Source of the DNA: Blasia pusilla
Lineage: Eukaryota
NCBI GenBank assembly: GCA_050084515.1
Contig: CM114271.1
Span: 38,936,001-39,000,000, forward strand
Direction of reading: 5' to 3'
Length of the DNA: 64,000 nt
The translations under genes were made by a program, and so were the position numbers. Under the pieces are notes generated by a model, which was given only the letters and a program-made list of their open reading frames with translations, was not told the origin of the DNA and ran no database searches. This document shows, piece after piece, positions 51,901-64,000 of this stretch. Numbering within the stretch: position 1 is the stretch's first letter; each line of letters begins with the position of its first letter.

Positions 51901-54900
51901 TTTGCCATACAATGGGTGTAGTATCCAAAGGGGATAACCTAACTAGACCAGAAGTAGGAGTCCGTCGTGGGGCCTCCTCTTTCTCGTGAGGTATAACAAC
52001 CTCACACCAAGCCTCCTGCACTAGGCGATCAGCCTCCTGCCGTAGTGCACCGCTTGAACTCCAAAGTGGCACATCTAACAATGAGGATGCCACGGCTGAA
52101 AAAATAGGGACCTCCTCTACCTCCTCATGCGCAGGAGAATCCATAGCAGAAACATTACCCTCCAAAAAGTCTCCTGGCCAAGTGACTACTCCACTAAAAC
52201 TAGCCACATATGCTAACACTGTTGGGGAAGACCCTCTTGGTCGAGCCCCATAAATAAATCTCACAAGAACTTGGCTCATACGTCCATCCCCAGACTGCCA
52301 ACCAGGTCTATAAGGTCTTTGTCTCATCCGAAGAATCCATCTGAAAACCCATCGGCTACAATCGCTGCTCCTCCAACTAGTACATCATACGACTCGGTGA
52401 TGTGACTACCGCATGAATACTCCCAACCGGGAGCTATGAGTCGCATGATTTGGTCTCAACTGTACAGAAAACTTCTCTCGTGTCATGAATTGAGACCTAT
52501 CATTGGCTCCTCCAAGTGATGTTTGAATCTGGAATGGGCAAGGCTCAAGCTCTGACCTCCGAATACCCAAACCAATACATGCCGCCTTTTCCAACATCAA
52601 AGGTTGGGCACCATAGTCTAACAAGACTCTATCTGGTCTATACACATCTGTAGGACTCACCAATCGGAAGATCCCACTCGGTTGTCCAACATACATACAC
52701 CAGTGTAAGCCTCTCACGATCAATGGTTGGCCGGGCTAGTAATGCATCCATCTTTTCTTGCCGCCAAGTAGCATTGGTACTCAATGCTACACTGACATAG
52801 AGGGTCGCTCCACCGCAACACCCTCATCCACCTCAACACGTGTAGGAGTAACACCCCACGTTCACACAACGTGGTCGCTAGCTGAAATCTGAGGAGCTAA
52901 GTCAACTCCTAAAGCCATCGCTCCGTGGCGAAAATAATGGGGATCCCAACACGAAGTTGCCATCCGCACTTGGATCTTTGCATCCGTGTCTACTACGCGC
53001 GCGATGTGGAGGGTTTCGGCTCAATAGGTGCGTATGAACCATGGATGGAGTCCTAAGCACCTCAGACAACAAGAATGACCGGGAAGCCTAGCCCGCCTCC
53101 CGGCCTCACCCCTATGTGGGTCCAACTCGATAGCACCACGTGGCTCGGCGCTCGAGTGGCTCCTCTAGAATAGGCGGTGATGCCTCAACTTTTGTCCGCA
53201 CTCGCCATATAAGAGAGATCATCCCTCCATAAGAGGTGGAAGTCCTGCTCCCGAACCTGATCTATCTTGGTTATTAGCCATAGTAGCCAACCTGCTCCAA
53301 TGCTCAAGGGACCATAGGCGACTCTGTCATAGTGGTAGGGGTAGTCACCGTAGGCTCTCCAACCACTGGTCCACCTCTACCACCCCTACCACCTCTACCA
53401 CCTTGGCCTCTCGGAGCTACTCCACCACGGCCGCGGCCTGATCTCAACTCTGGATGAAGATCAAAGCAACGCTCTCGAAGATGACCTGGTCTCCCGCAAT
53501 GATCACACTGAGTTGGGGCGGACTGAGGCCCATCCTCTTGGGGACAAAACTTCCTAACATGATCACCTTCACATGTCCAACATGACTGTCCTTGCTGCGG
53601 GGCAGCAAATGAAGGCAATGATCTATGCGTAAGTGTCCCTCTAGGACCTGACTGAGGTCGTGTGTACCCCCCACGACTCCCACTACTACTACCACCACCA
53701 CTACTATGAGACTTTGAGGTGGGCTGCTGAACACAAGAAGTAGTAGTTGTATCCCTACTGAATGCGGATATCACCACTCTCTCCTTCACCATGTTAAGCT
53801 CAATCTTCTCAGATAGAGCAAACACATGGGTCAATGTGGGTGAATCATCACTCATAAGAGTAGCATCACGTACCCTAGACCATACCAAAACTGGACCACC
53901 ATGGATGATAGACACATAGCCGGGATACCATTATTGTCTCCATGCCTCAATCTCAGCAACATGGTCCTTTCTAAACTCATGGTAATCATCCATGGGTGGT
54001 CCTTCCAAGTGCTGAAACAACCCCTTCAAAGCCAAGAAGGGTGTAAACAACGTGGCGTTCCTCAACATCTGCATATCACACCACGTATCAAACTCCTGCA
54101 TGAAGTCCTCCAACTCAATGGTGCCCACTGCACCCGAGTATCTTCGTGGGTCCTTCATGGCCCCATATCCACCGTCCATGTCCCAAATCAATGGAGCTGC
54201 AACACTCGATAACAACGTAGAAGACTCGGTGTTTGGAACACCCTCGTCCTCCTCTTCATCAACCATCGGAAGTGGAAAAGGTAGCCGATACCTAAATCCA
54301 CTCCCTGTGAAACCACCACTGTCCGCACCACGGTCCCCAACAGACCACCCGCGACTCGTGATGACCAACGCCGATGCCGCACCACCACCAAATAACCAAG
54401 TGACGTCGATGTCGCTATACTATTCTAGCTCTACTAGCTATGGGTGTAGGCAACCCAACTTGTCATCACCACAAGAAGCCTCCCACGGTCTACTGGTCAT
54501 CACTCTAGCCTCACTATCGGTAGCACACAGGAGTAACACTACTCTGGAAATCAGCGTCAACCCTAACAATGGGCGCGCAAGCAAGAAGCAACGATGGAGG
54601 GGATCCAAACACAGGAAGTCCAACGACAACCCTCCAATCGCAAATGGAAATCAAGGTAACACAATCCACCAAACGTGGTGCCCCCTGAATCCTCAAAACC
54701 CACCACACAATTCTAACGCAATAGCTACTCCGCCGCGGATCGATGACGTGCTAGTCGAACTTGTAGCACCTGAAAATATCACCTGCATGGAGAGGCTACA
54801 CCGTACTATGCGCTAGAGGTACATCAACCAAAAACCTGAGATGCATAAAGTGCTTAACACATCTCCGAACAACACCAAATGAGCTACAATAGTGTGTACA

Positions 54901-56117
54901 CTGGCATAGTTAAGAACTCAGCAGTTAAGTGTCCTCCAGGCAGAATAGCCCAAAGATGGGTGACCAGTTATGCAACACTCAAATCACAAATCGTGCAAAA
55001 ATTGCCTCGCGACCAAGCAAGCAATCAAGTTGCTTGCTTGCTTCTTGCTCCTTACTCCGCCTCTCACGCCCACTCGCCCCGAGCTACCACGAGTTGCCTC
55101 GAAGCCTCGAAACGCCGAGACATGCACCTATCGCCACGCTTCGCCATGCTTCACCATGCTTTGCTATGGAGAGAGGCCCAACCAGGGCGCCCCCAACGGG
55201 ATAGGCGTCTCCAACAATCAACGAGTCACCAACCAACCAGCCCCTCCGATCCGCTGTCCACAAAATTTCAATCAGCAATTACTTCACAAATCCGTGACCG
55301 AAATCAAATCTGTTTCAACCAAAATTCAATTGACCACCATAACTATCTCTCCACCAAAAATCAGCTACAACCGAGCTCTGTACTCTGAGCTAAAAATCAG
55401 ACAAACTTGTTGTCCATACACCTCAAGAATCGCAAATCCGCCACCCTTCCGCCAAGTTTCATGCACGCAGAAATCCGCAACGCTCCACACACTCAAGCAG
55501 ATAGCTTCACATGAGATCACAATACAAGTAGCAACAGGAACCTCTCACTCAATCTGGATGAACTTCAACAGAGCTTCCGCACTCCAAGCTCTCCACATCA
55601 GAAAACCGTCGAACACGAACCAGAATCTTCAATCCTTGATAACTTCCAACTCCCTTGACAAAATCCATCGATCTAAATCGCGTTGGAAAGCTCTCAGCAA
55701 GGTGCTTCTTTCCCAACCAACCACGCACCAGATTCACACCTCCAACATAGGCCATAAGCCACGAACATCCACGGTTGAGTACACAATCAGCCCTAACAAG
55801 ATCCTACTGATCTACAATCGAAGCTACCATCGATCTACTCCAATTCTTTGAGTGAAATCCGTGAAAGACCTTCTATCATAAAACACGTATAGAATCACAT
55901 ATAATCGAGCCAAATCCACTCCACGATGGGAGAATCTAGGTCGAAGCTTGCGGAAAACACCATTGCCAAGGGCTCTACTCACTACCAAGGCTAACTCCCA
56001 ACGTAACAGGCTCAACTCAAAGAATTGACTGTTCTTTGAGTGCATCTTATATCCTCCAACCTAAGAGCGGGCCCTACTAGGAAAGTCACCCCCAACTGAG
56101 TAACCCCAACCCTATGT
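51110..56117 (-). mobile_element. 3'-truncated Ty3/Gypsy retrotransposon: leader - gag - protease - C5 DNA methyltransferase (copy B)
   Basis: Gag (MKDPRRYSG...LEDFMQEFDTWC, 53931-54368); two CCHC-type knuckles CWTCEGDHVRKFC and CDHCGRPGHLRERC (53304-53915); protease VLLDYGAQPLML (52406-52723) collinear with copy A; MTase at 51110-51900. Right boundary approximate; no LTR ends identified. Confidence 0.85.
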
Positions 56118-59100
56118 ATGAAACCGCATCTCTACCAAGCCACTACGGTCCTACCTAAGGAATGGCCTCTACTAGCACACTATACTCTACGACATAATCC
56201 GTATGGTCATGAAAATTGCTATGAGAAGCTCATTTCGGATAAGGAATTCTCCGTCGATGATGCACAGATTCTCCTCGACATTCTGCTCGAGGAGAAGATG
56301 TATTTGAAGAAGGATCTCTCCTTTGGCACGCAAGCCAAGTTCGGTGTTCCTCTTGATGAATTTTGTAGAACTTTGCGAGATTTAATGCTATTGCAGAGGG
56401 CCAAATGCCCAATGACTGACTTTCTTGTATCTACCCACAAGGAAGTCATTAGTAGTTTTGATACAACCTCACCCGGATTTTTCGGGATTGTTGTAATATT
56501 TTGACGAGGAGTCTCGTCTCAATGCAAGCGAAAGATTACTAGTGTTCTTTGCAAAGATCGAAATACTCGGGAATCTTATAGTTGCATGCCAGAGAGCCTC
56601 CAATCTCTGGTTTAGAGTAATTCCTTGTACAGTGAGATTTCCAATGACGGATCCAAAGAGACAAAGGATTCGGAGTGGAGAATGTCTCATGGTTTTTATA
56701 GCGGTATTTGTCAATGGTTTTGATGAGTCCACTCTGGACGAACAACTCGTTACTGTAAACAGAGTACTTGGCGGAAAATTTCTTCCCATCTCCCTCAACG
56801 ACACAAGAGATATGATCAACGAGGAGTATAGATTCCTTCCGACCATCGGAGAGAACGAGTTTTGAATGGGTGAACTCGTGGAGATTTTCTTCGGCTTGTC
56901 AAAGGTTGGAGCGCGGAAGAATGTCATTGTGGTAAATCCAGGTTGCAGCGTACTGCGGATCTAGTGGTGAGTTTCTCTTTCGGAACCTAAGTTCCCATCA
57001 TGATTACATGCATTCAACTTAAGTTCTTATTCGAAGACATGTACTAACTCCCCTGAGCTGGTATCGTTACAGGTTTCGGGAATCAATTTCCAAGCATTCT
57101 GTTCGCAAGTGGATGGGGCAACATTATCGGAATTTTTCCTGAAATTTGATCAATTCTTCAAGATCGATGCAAACCGTAGTCTTCTAAGGACTACCCTTGT
57201 AGTCAAGTCCAATCCAGACCGGGAGGTGGCACCTTCTGAAGGCAGGCAAATGCCTGGAATTGCAAAGGGGCAAAGGACTCGGACATGGAAGTGGAGTGAG
57301 AAGATGATGACGAATCAAAATTAAGCTTCGGGGATTTGTGCCTTAAATCATGCTAGAAGTTTGTTTCTCTTCGCGTTGCTATTCGATTCAAGCAGGCCCA
57401 TTACTGATTTTGGTTGGTTTATGGCTCAGGACAATGGAGTCGCGGAGAGGGATGGGGGTGAGGGATCGGCTCCCCCAACTTTTGAAAGGGTGATATCGCC
57501 TGATATGTTGAACCCTCAAATTTTGATAGGGGAGATAGTGCTCTAGCTACTCCTGATTTGGCAAGATATTTCGCCAGAACTATCCCCACACAACTGGGAG
57601 AAAATATCATAAGTTCAATTTAAGAAGCTCGTTATGAAAAAACTTTATGCTTTTGAGTGGGACGATGACTCTAACATATGGAATTCTAATCTAAGTATCT
57701 ATTTGCGAAGGAGTCATCGTCAATTAGTGGAAAATCACTTGGACTATCGGCGCTCACTCCCGAGGGAGAGAAGGATGACGAAGTGCTGGAGAGCAGATCC
57801 AAGCAAAAACCATCGTCAAAGATACCAATTGCGGTGAGAAATTTACAAGATCCTCCTAATGCATGAAAATCCTTCCCACAATTAGTTTTAAATTAATAAT
57901 TTTTTTCTCATTACGTTGAGTGTCCATAGGGAGAAAATGAAAGGGAGGGACTGCGTGAGACGGGGAAGCAGATTTCGACGTCATCGGGCTTTCCTACTAC
58001 GGTGAGCAACCAAATTATTTTTTCCTATTCTGATTTCAGTTTCCCAGCTTCTTCTTGCACTGATGTAGAACTTAAGTTCTCATTATATGGAGCATTTGCC
58101 ACTACACAGGGAGAAGAGGAGAGAGAGGGACTGCTTGGGACGGAAAAGCAGACTCCACCATCATCAGAATCTTCTTTTGAGATAAGCAACCCAATTCATA
58201 TTTCATATTTTATTTTCAGTTTTCCTGCCTCCTCTTGCATTGATGTAGAACTTAAGTTCTCATTATGTCGAACATTTTTCCACTATACAGGGAGATGAGG
58301 AGAGCAAGGGAGTGGAAAAGCAGACTCCACATGGAGAAAAGGGGATTGAGGGACTCGAGGGTACGAAAAAGCTCACTGCAACATTACCGGCTTCTCCGAA
58401 TCAAATGAGCAACTAAAGTAGCGATTAACTCATCTAAAGTTTTCATTGTATTTAGGGTCTCCACACTTTGAATTCAGAAAAGAAGACCTTATATTGTGGT
58501 TTCATGCAGGAGTTACACGAGGGACCGTGTAGTAGGTCGAGGTCTGAGTGTTCAGAGGTTGGTGACTCGCAACTTAGAAAAGTTGTTAACACTATCCTCG
58601 GGATTGATTTAGCCACTGCACTCAAAATATCGGATTTTGATGACTCTAGACGCAATTTAACAATCAAATGTGTAAATACACACAAAAACAATACTTCTTA
58701 AGTTCCACCTCGAGCTCCAGTGTCTACAAAGCATGCGGCTTCGGCAAGAAGTACATTGCCTAAGAAAGTTGCTAGGCCACAATATGAAGGGAGAATGAAC
58801 ACTGACATATCCGGGACACGTAGAGTCATTGCGTCGAAGTCTTCTCTGGGAAATGTGGACCGAGAAGAACACACGAAACGGATCCCATGTAGAACAGTAT
58901 CAATGATAGTTGGAGACTCTAGCGGTTCGGACACTTCTCCGAAAATTATAGCCGTGAAACCTTCAAAGAACAATAAGCATAATAACCCATCCCCAACACA
59001 TGGAACATCTCTAGATAGTACTAGCCCAGGGACCAACATTGACCGGGGGACCTTGTCCATGGTAAGACTCAATCGCCATCTTTACTATCATAGGTTTCAC

Positions 59101-60290
59101 ACAGACTTTGATCATGCCGAAAGAGAGTTGAGATTACTACGAGACGGTCGTTCCATAAACTCGAGCATGGAGTATAGAACCTCTTTGGAAACCATTAGGG
59201 AAATGAGTGCGGAAATTAGATCTTTGGATTTTAGCACCTGGGGGAGCTTGAAGTGACAATCATTTTCATTCATATCTTAATCGGAACTTTAGTTCCCATT
59301 CATTCCCCTGTGACTACCTTCTTTCAATTGTATTATGAAGTGGAAGGGTTTTGCCCTTGCATCCCTTCTGCACACGAGAGATGCAGTAGTTAATGTAATG
59401 TTACCAGTACCAGAGTTGAGGACTTCTATTTTCATGTTGTGTTTCATTTTCTCCTACAACCTTGCATCGCCTTTGTATTTCTGTATGATTCTTTGGATTT
59501 TGATGAAAGAAATGTCTGATGCGAACTCGACCCAGATCTGGTAAAATCATGCTTCTTTTTACCGCACGAGATCCTACTTTTCTGCCCTGCTTATCGAAAC
59601 TTTGGGAACTTGAAAAGTATTAGCATCAGACCAGGGTGTGGAGATGTTCTCCACGCAGCCAGTGATTACTTTGCTTTGGGCTATGGATATGTAAGAATGA
59701 AGATAGTCTCGCCAAAATGGAGGCTGCAATTTTGGATCACTTACAAGAGAGGAATCTTCCCCCGGTTGGGTTCACTTTGGTTTGTGCAAATGACAGTCCG
59801 CATGGAGATCGAGCAACTCCATTCAAACTACTGAACTATTTTGATGAGGCAACAAGACGTTGGCTGGATTTGGACAGCCAGCAACTGATTTTTTTTTTGA
59901 CGTGGTCGGAAACGAGAACCACCACGATAGTGTACAAAATTTTATGAAGATGCCGAAATAGAAGGCATCATCGTAAAAAGATAGTTTTCTCATGACAGCG
60001 TTGACACATTATGTCAAATTGTTGTAGCTCAGCATATCCAACGACCACTTCCAAACTCCGTGGAAGTTCATCCGACATTGTGATTTGCCCTCCTATTATA
60101 GGAAGGTAATGTGAATTTCTACCCATTGTGAACCAGTCTTAACCAATCTTACACTTGTAAATTTGGGATTTTTTTCCTAATATTGAAGTGTTTCGCACAG
60201 CCTGGTGACTACCAACGCTACTATGAACCAAAGGAGCATGCTGCAAGTCAAAATGTTGGACACCGATCTTCAGGCATAAAGGTAAGCACT
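56118..60290 (+). pseudogene. Decayed multi-exon ORF fragments of unknown function, likely transposon accessory genes
   Basis: Run of plus-strand ORF pieces (56118-56865, 57109-57837, 58468-59256) with GT/AG-like junctions; no family recognised. Confidence 0.35.
57920..58410 (+). repeat. ~181-bp tandem triplication resembling exon-plus-intron units
   Basis: (C/T)AG|GGAGA...AAGCAGA...G(T/A)(G/T)AGCAAC...TGATGTAGAACTTAAGTTCTCATTAT; units start ~57927, 58108 and 58289. Confidence 0.75.
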
Positions 60291-60387
60291 GGCACTGTGA
60301 TAGTTCAGTGAATGAACATTTCTTGACGGAACTATGGTTCTAATTCCCTCTTTGAGAGGCTAATATCTTGTATTGGTTGGTGGATAG

Positions 60388-61098
60388 GTGAAATCCCTTA
60401 GGCCTCTTCTTATCCTCGAAATCGAAGGAATTATTTTCCGAATTATGGACATGGTTAGCAAACCGTATTCCCTCGGTCTTAGGGAAAAAAATGCCTTCAT
60501 GTCGGGAGATGGACGAGTTGTATTTTTCCTCCCCTACATCAGAATACTAACTAACATGATAGAGAGAGAATATGATTATGGATTTTGGACCACGATGAAT
60601 AGGGAAGATGCACTTGAAATGCTTGAGAGGCTAGCAGATTCCTCCTATTTGTCTGAATCTTTCGTCAAGAAGGCCAAATGTTTTTGGTCTGTGCGGGACT
60701 GCTCTGTTCGAAAGGGGACAAAGGGTCTCTCAAAGAATGTGAAAGATCTGCGGTTATTTTACGCTATTAGAGAGTTTAGAAACTTCTCCTGCCCAAAGAA
60801 TACAGTCCTGGTGGAAATTGGGATCAAGTCCCTCCTTTTGAATGATCCAAATAGCGTTATAGCCCTTCCAAAATTTAATATACTTCTAGGATCCTGAGAC
60901 AAAAAAAATCATTGCGAGGCCGGTACTATTCTCTCTTACCTTTTGATAATGAAAGAGAGTTTCGTGGATGGGATGAGTGTTAGTCATTTTATTAGTATTA
61001 GGCGGATAAGTTTTCCAAAGCCACATTCTAGTAGCGGTGATGGTAAACATCTTCTCCATGCAATCGAGGAAAAGCTAAAGGCATCGGTCTTATTCTAG
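60388..61098 (+). pseudogene. FCP1/NIF-like HAD phosphatase domain, catalytically degenerate
   Basis: LLILEIEGIIF (cf. LLVLDLNG.L), FFLPY, YGFWTT, FWSVRDC, KDLR, KNTVLVE, LLNDP in the order typical of NIF/FCP1-like domains; the catalytic Asp positions read Glu. Confidence 0.6.
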
Positions 61099-61113
61099 AA
61101 TATACCTGGACAA

Positions 61114-62158
61114 TTGACTCAGATAGTATGCAAGGAATTTCCAATACTGGAGATCACCGCACATGTCATCTTCGGCAGCATGGATCAAAATTCAGTGGAA
61201 GCTACGAGGCCAACATACAGTATCAATGCCTTCCTTACAACCAGGTGGTGTTTGGAGTATCCGACAAAGAAATATCTCCCGGCTAGAGTTCTTGATAACA
61301 TCGTGAAGTTGGGGGCTTGCTTGTATGCGAAGTGGTAGAATCAATCTGGTTTCAAGGACATCGTTGATAAAAGCGGCTTCTTAGACCTGGACTCTGTAGT
61401 AGGATGGAGTCAGAAGGGTGGACCGTCATTTGGTATCTACATCGACACCAACATGAGCATTGTGAGTTATGTCTCCCTCCCTTATATTTATGAAGTTTTC
61501 CCTTATGGTGCCATGCCCGATGAGAGCATGGACACAATGTGCAATGAAGTGGTGTAGTACAGAGGGAATCAAGAAGGTGTTTATCGTCACCCTGCATGAC
61601 CATCACTTTGTGCTAAGGGTTGCAGCCAAGTCAATCACCATTGTAGATACTCTAGGTTCCCGCCTGGACCGAGAATGTAAGAAGGCGTACCAAATCTTCT
61701 TTGACTCGAAGGCGTCTACTGTGGTGGATAACGTATTCAACTATTACATGGAAGGGAATGATCTCCAACAACCACCGGAACAGTGCTTGCTGGTGATTGG
61801 GCAAGAAGTTGCCCATTTTTTCCTTGACGAGTATGGCCTGCACGAGCTAAAGCATCATCTTTTTGGCTACTTCATCGCAAAGGCTAAGGACTGGGATGTG
61901 GACCTATGCAGTTTGGACGAGGAGTATCAGAAGAAGAATTACAAGAAGTTCCAAGCTATCTACCAGACTGTGAAGGAAGTTCTCCAAATTGATTTCACGA
62001 GGAATTTTTTGACTCCAAGGGAGGGAAGGTTTAGTTGGAGTAACTTCGCCGATGGACTCAATAAGTATATCCGTGAGGTTCAGGAGGAGATTAATGACCT
62101 TGCCACGGATGAGACACTCTTGCGATTGAGTAGGAAGAGACCTCATAGAGGATATTAG
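61114..62158 (+). pseudogene. Domain resembling the C-terminus of plant C2-NT-type domain proteins (possible cysteine-protease-like fold)
   Basis: VIFGSMDQNS...LDNIVKLG and VFIVTLHDHHFVL...IVDTLGSRL..ECKKAY.I.FD match the FASIDQRS...FDSLIREG and YIVSWNDHFFVL...IIDTLGERL.EGC..AYIL.FD pattern as I recall it. Interrupted by stops or frameshift. Confidence 0.6.
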
Positions 62159-62629
62159 GTAGCTGAAATGATACTCTATTTTGATGCCATTGGGTATATT
62201 TGTAAATAGAACGTGAAATATAGCATATTGAAGTGGATGGATTAAGGAAGTATGTTGCCCAGGTTTGAGCGCGTTGATGTCATAGATATAGCAACGGATG
62301 AGAATCTCCTCCCATTAGATTGTATTGTCACCAGTTGTAAATTCTTTGGTTCTAGATATTTGTAGTCATGTACAGCGGGAATTGTAACCTACTATAGAGA
62401 ATGGAAGTTAAGATTGCGAGAATTGTAATATATTGCAGAAAGTGGAAGCTTAAGATTATGAAGCCATGTGATATTTGGGGATTTTTTTAATCATCCCGAA
62501 TTGGAACTTGACTTCCAAATCTTATCTATTCATTGAGCATATTTATTGTCATCTAATGATCGTGCGATGGACTTGTTATGTGACATGTGTGTACAGTTTC
62601 TTATTGGAGAGCTAGCATCCTCAACGTTG

Positions 62630-64000
62630 CTATCCTCTGGATCAATTCGAAGTGTAGTTCCAATAAGCTTGCTCCTAAGATCCCTTCGTCTTGAAAAATT
62701 GTAGAATCGGAACTTTGGTTCTGATTGTACCCCAAAGTGCCTCGCCCGCTGAAAGTCATTTGGAGCCAAACTTGGACTCAGTTCAATTGGATCGTGAGAT
62801 CCAATTGCAGCCGCAGAACGCGCCCATAAAGGGAAATCCCTATCCTCGATTGGAACTGTAGTTCCAAACAGCCTGCTCCTTGCATCCCAATAGGTCGGCA
62901 ACAAGTGCAGAAGCAGAACCTTAGTTCTGATTGTGTCCCAAACTACCGCGCCCGCTAAAAGTCATTTGGAGCCAAACTTGGACTAGTCCAATTGGATCCT
63001 AAGATCCAATTCCAGCGGCAGAAGGCATCTGGTAAAGGAAAATCCCCATCCTCGATTGGAAATGTTGTTCCGAATCGTTTGCTCCTCACATTCCAATAGG
63101 TCGGCAACAAATGTAGAATCAAAACCTTAGTTGTGATTGTGTCCCAGACTGCCGCGCCCGCTGAAGGTCATTTGGAGCCAAACTAAGTCGCAGTCCAATT
63201 GGATCCTAAGATCCAATTTCGGCCGCGGAAGGCGTCTGGTAAAGGGAAATCCCCATCCTCGATTGGAAATGTAGTTTCGAATGGTCTGCTCCTCACATCC
63301 CAATAGGTTGACAACAAGTGTAGAATCAGAACCTTAGTTCTGATTATATCCTAGACTACCGCGCTCATTGAAGGTCATTTGGAGCCAAACTAAGCCGGAG
63401 TCCAATTGGATCCTAAGATCCAATTCTGGCCGCAGAAGGCGTCCGGTAAAGGAAAATCCCCATCCTCGATTGGAACTGTAGTTCCGAATCTACTTATCCT
63501 TGCAACCCAATGGGCCAACAACGAGTGTAGAATCAGAACCTTAGTTTTGATTGTGTCCCAGACTGCCGCGCCCGCTGAATGTCATTTGGAGCCAAACTAA
63601 GTCGCAGTCCAATTGGATCCTAAGATCCAATTCCGGCCGCAAAAGGCGTCCGGTAAAGGAAAATCCCTATCCTTGATTGGAACTCTAGTTCCGAATGGCC
63701 TGCTCCTTATCTCCCAATAGGTCGGTGGACATTGGCAAATCAGAATGTTAGTTCTGATTGTCTCTCAGACTGCCGCGCCTGCTGAAGGTTATTTGGAGCC
63801 AAACTTAGTCGGAGTCCAATTGGATCCTACGATCCAATTTCGGCCGCAAAAGGCGTTCGGTAAAGGAAAATCCCCATCCTCGATTGGAACAGTAGTTTCA
63901 AATTGCTTGCTCCTTGTATCCCAATAGATCGGCAACAAGTGTAGAATCAGAATCTTAGTTTCAATTGTGTCCAAGACTGCCGCGCCCGCTGAAGGTTATT
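62630..64000. repeat. 206-207 bp tandem repeat array (over 6 copies, runs off the window)
   Basis: (C/T)ATTTGGAGCC anchors at 62757, 62963, 63169, 63376, 63583 and 63790; each unit holds an AATTGGATCCTAAGATCCAATT-type palindrome. Confidence 0.95.

Noticed and set aside
54052-55851. Long plus-strand ORFs (254, 169 and 293 aa)
   Set aside because: Antisense to the Gypsy gag and leader; S/T/P/Q-biased, with no recognisable motifs.
62630-64000. CRISPR-like array (palindromic repeats at regular spacing)
   Set aside because: The sequences between palindromes are themselves repeated rather than unique spacers; eukaryotic context; no cas genes.

Overview
Eukaryotic, repeat-dominated plant genomic DNA. 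A bryophyte or other seed-free land plant is my inference, based on TTTAGGG-type repeats, a plant F-box/kelch gene and the transposon mix. Only one clearly intact host gene is present: a single-exon F-box/kelch-repeat gene (32795-33982, minus). The rest is mostly decayed mobile DNA: an L1-like LINE, hAT MITEs with 8-bp TSDs, a hAT transposase remnant, three CRE-clade (RLE) non-LTR 3' ends, an internally deleted chromovirus, mini-Helitrons, an interstitial telomere-like array, a Sola-like transposase, decayed accessory ORFs and a 206-207 bp tandem repeat. The most striking observation is two divergent Ty3/Gypsy retrotransposon copies (about 11.7-17.7 kb plus, 51.1-56.1 kb minus) that each carry a DNMT3-like C5-cytosine methyltransferase domain directly after the aspartic protease. 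In the first copy the order is PR-DNMT-RT-RNaseH. A second candidate is a large composite element from about 43.3 kb to the window end, linked by a shared 22-bp palindrome. All calls come from motifs read by eye; no database searches were run.
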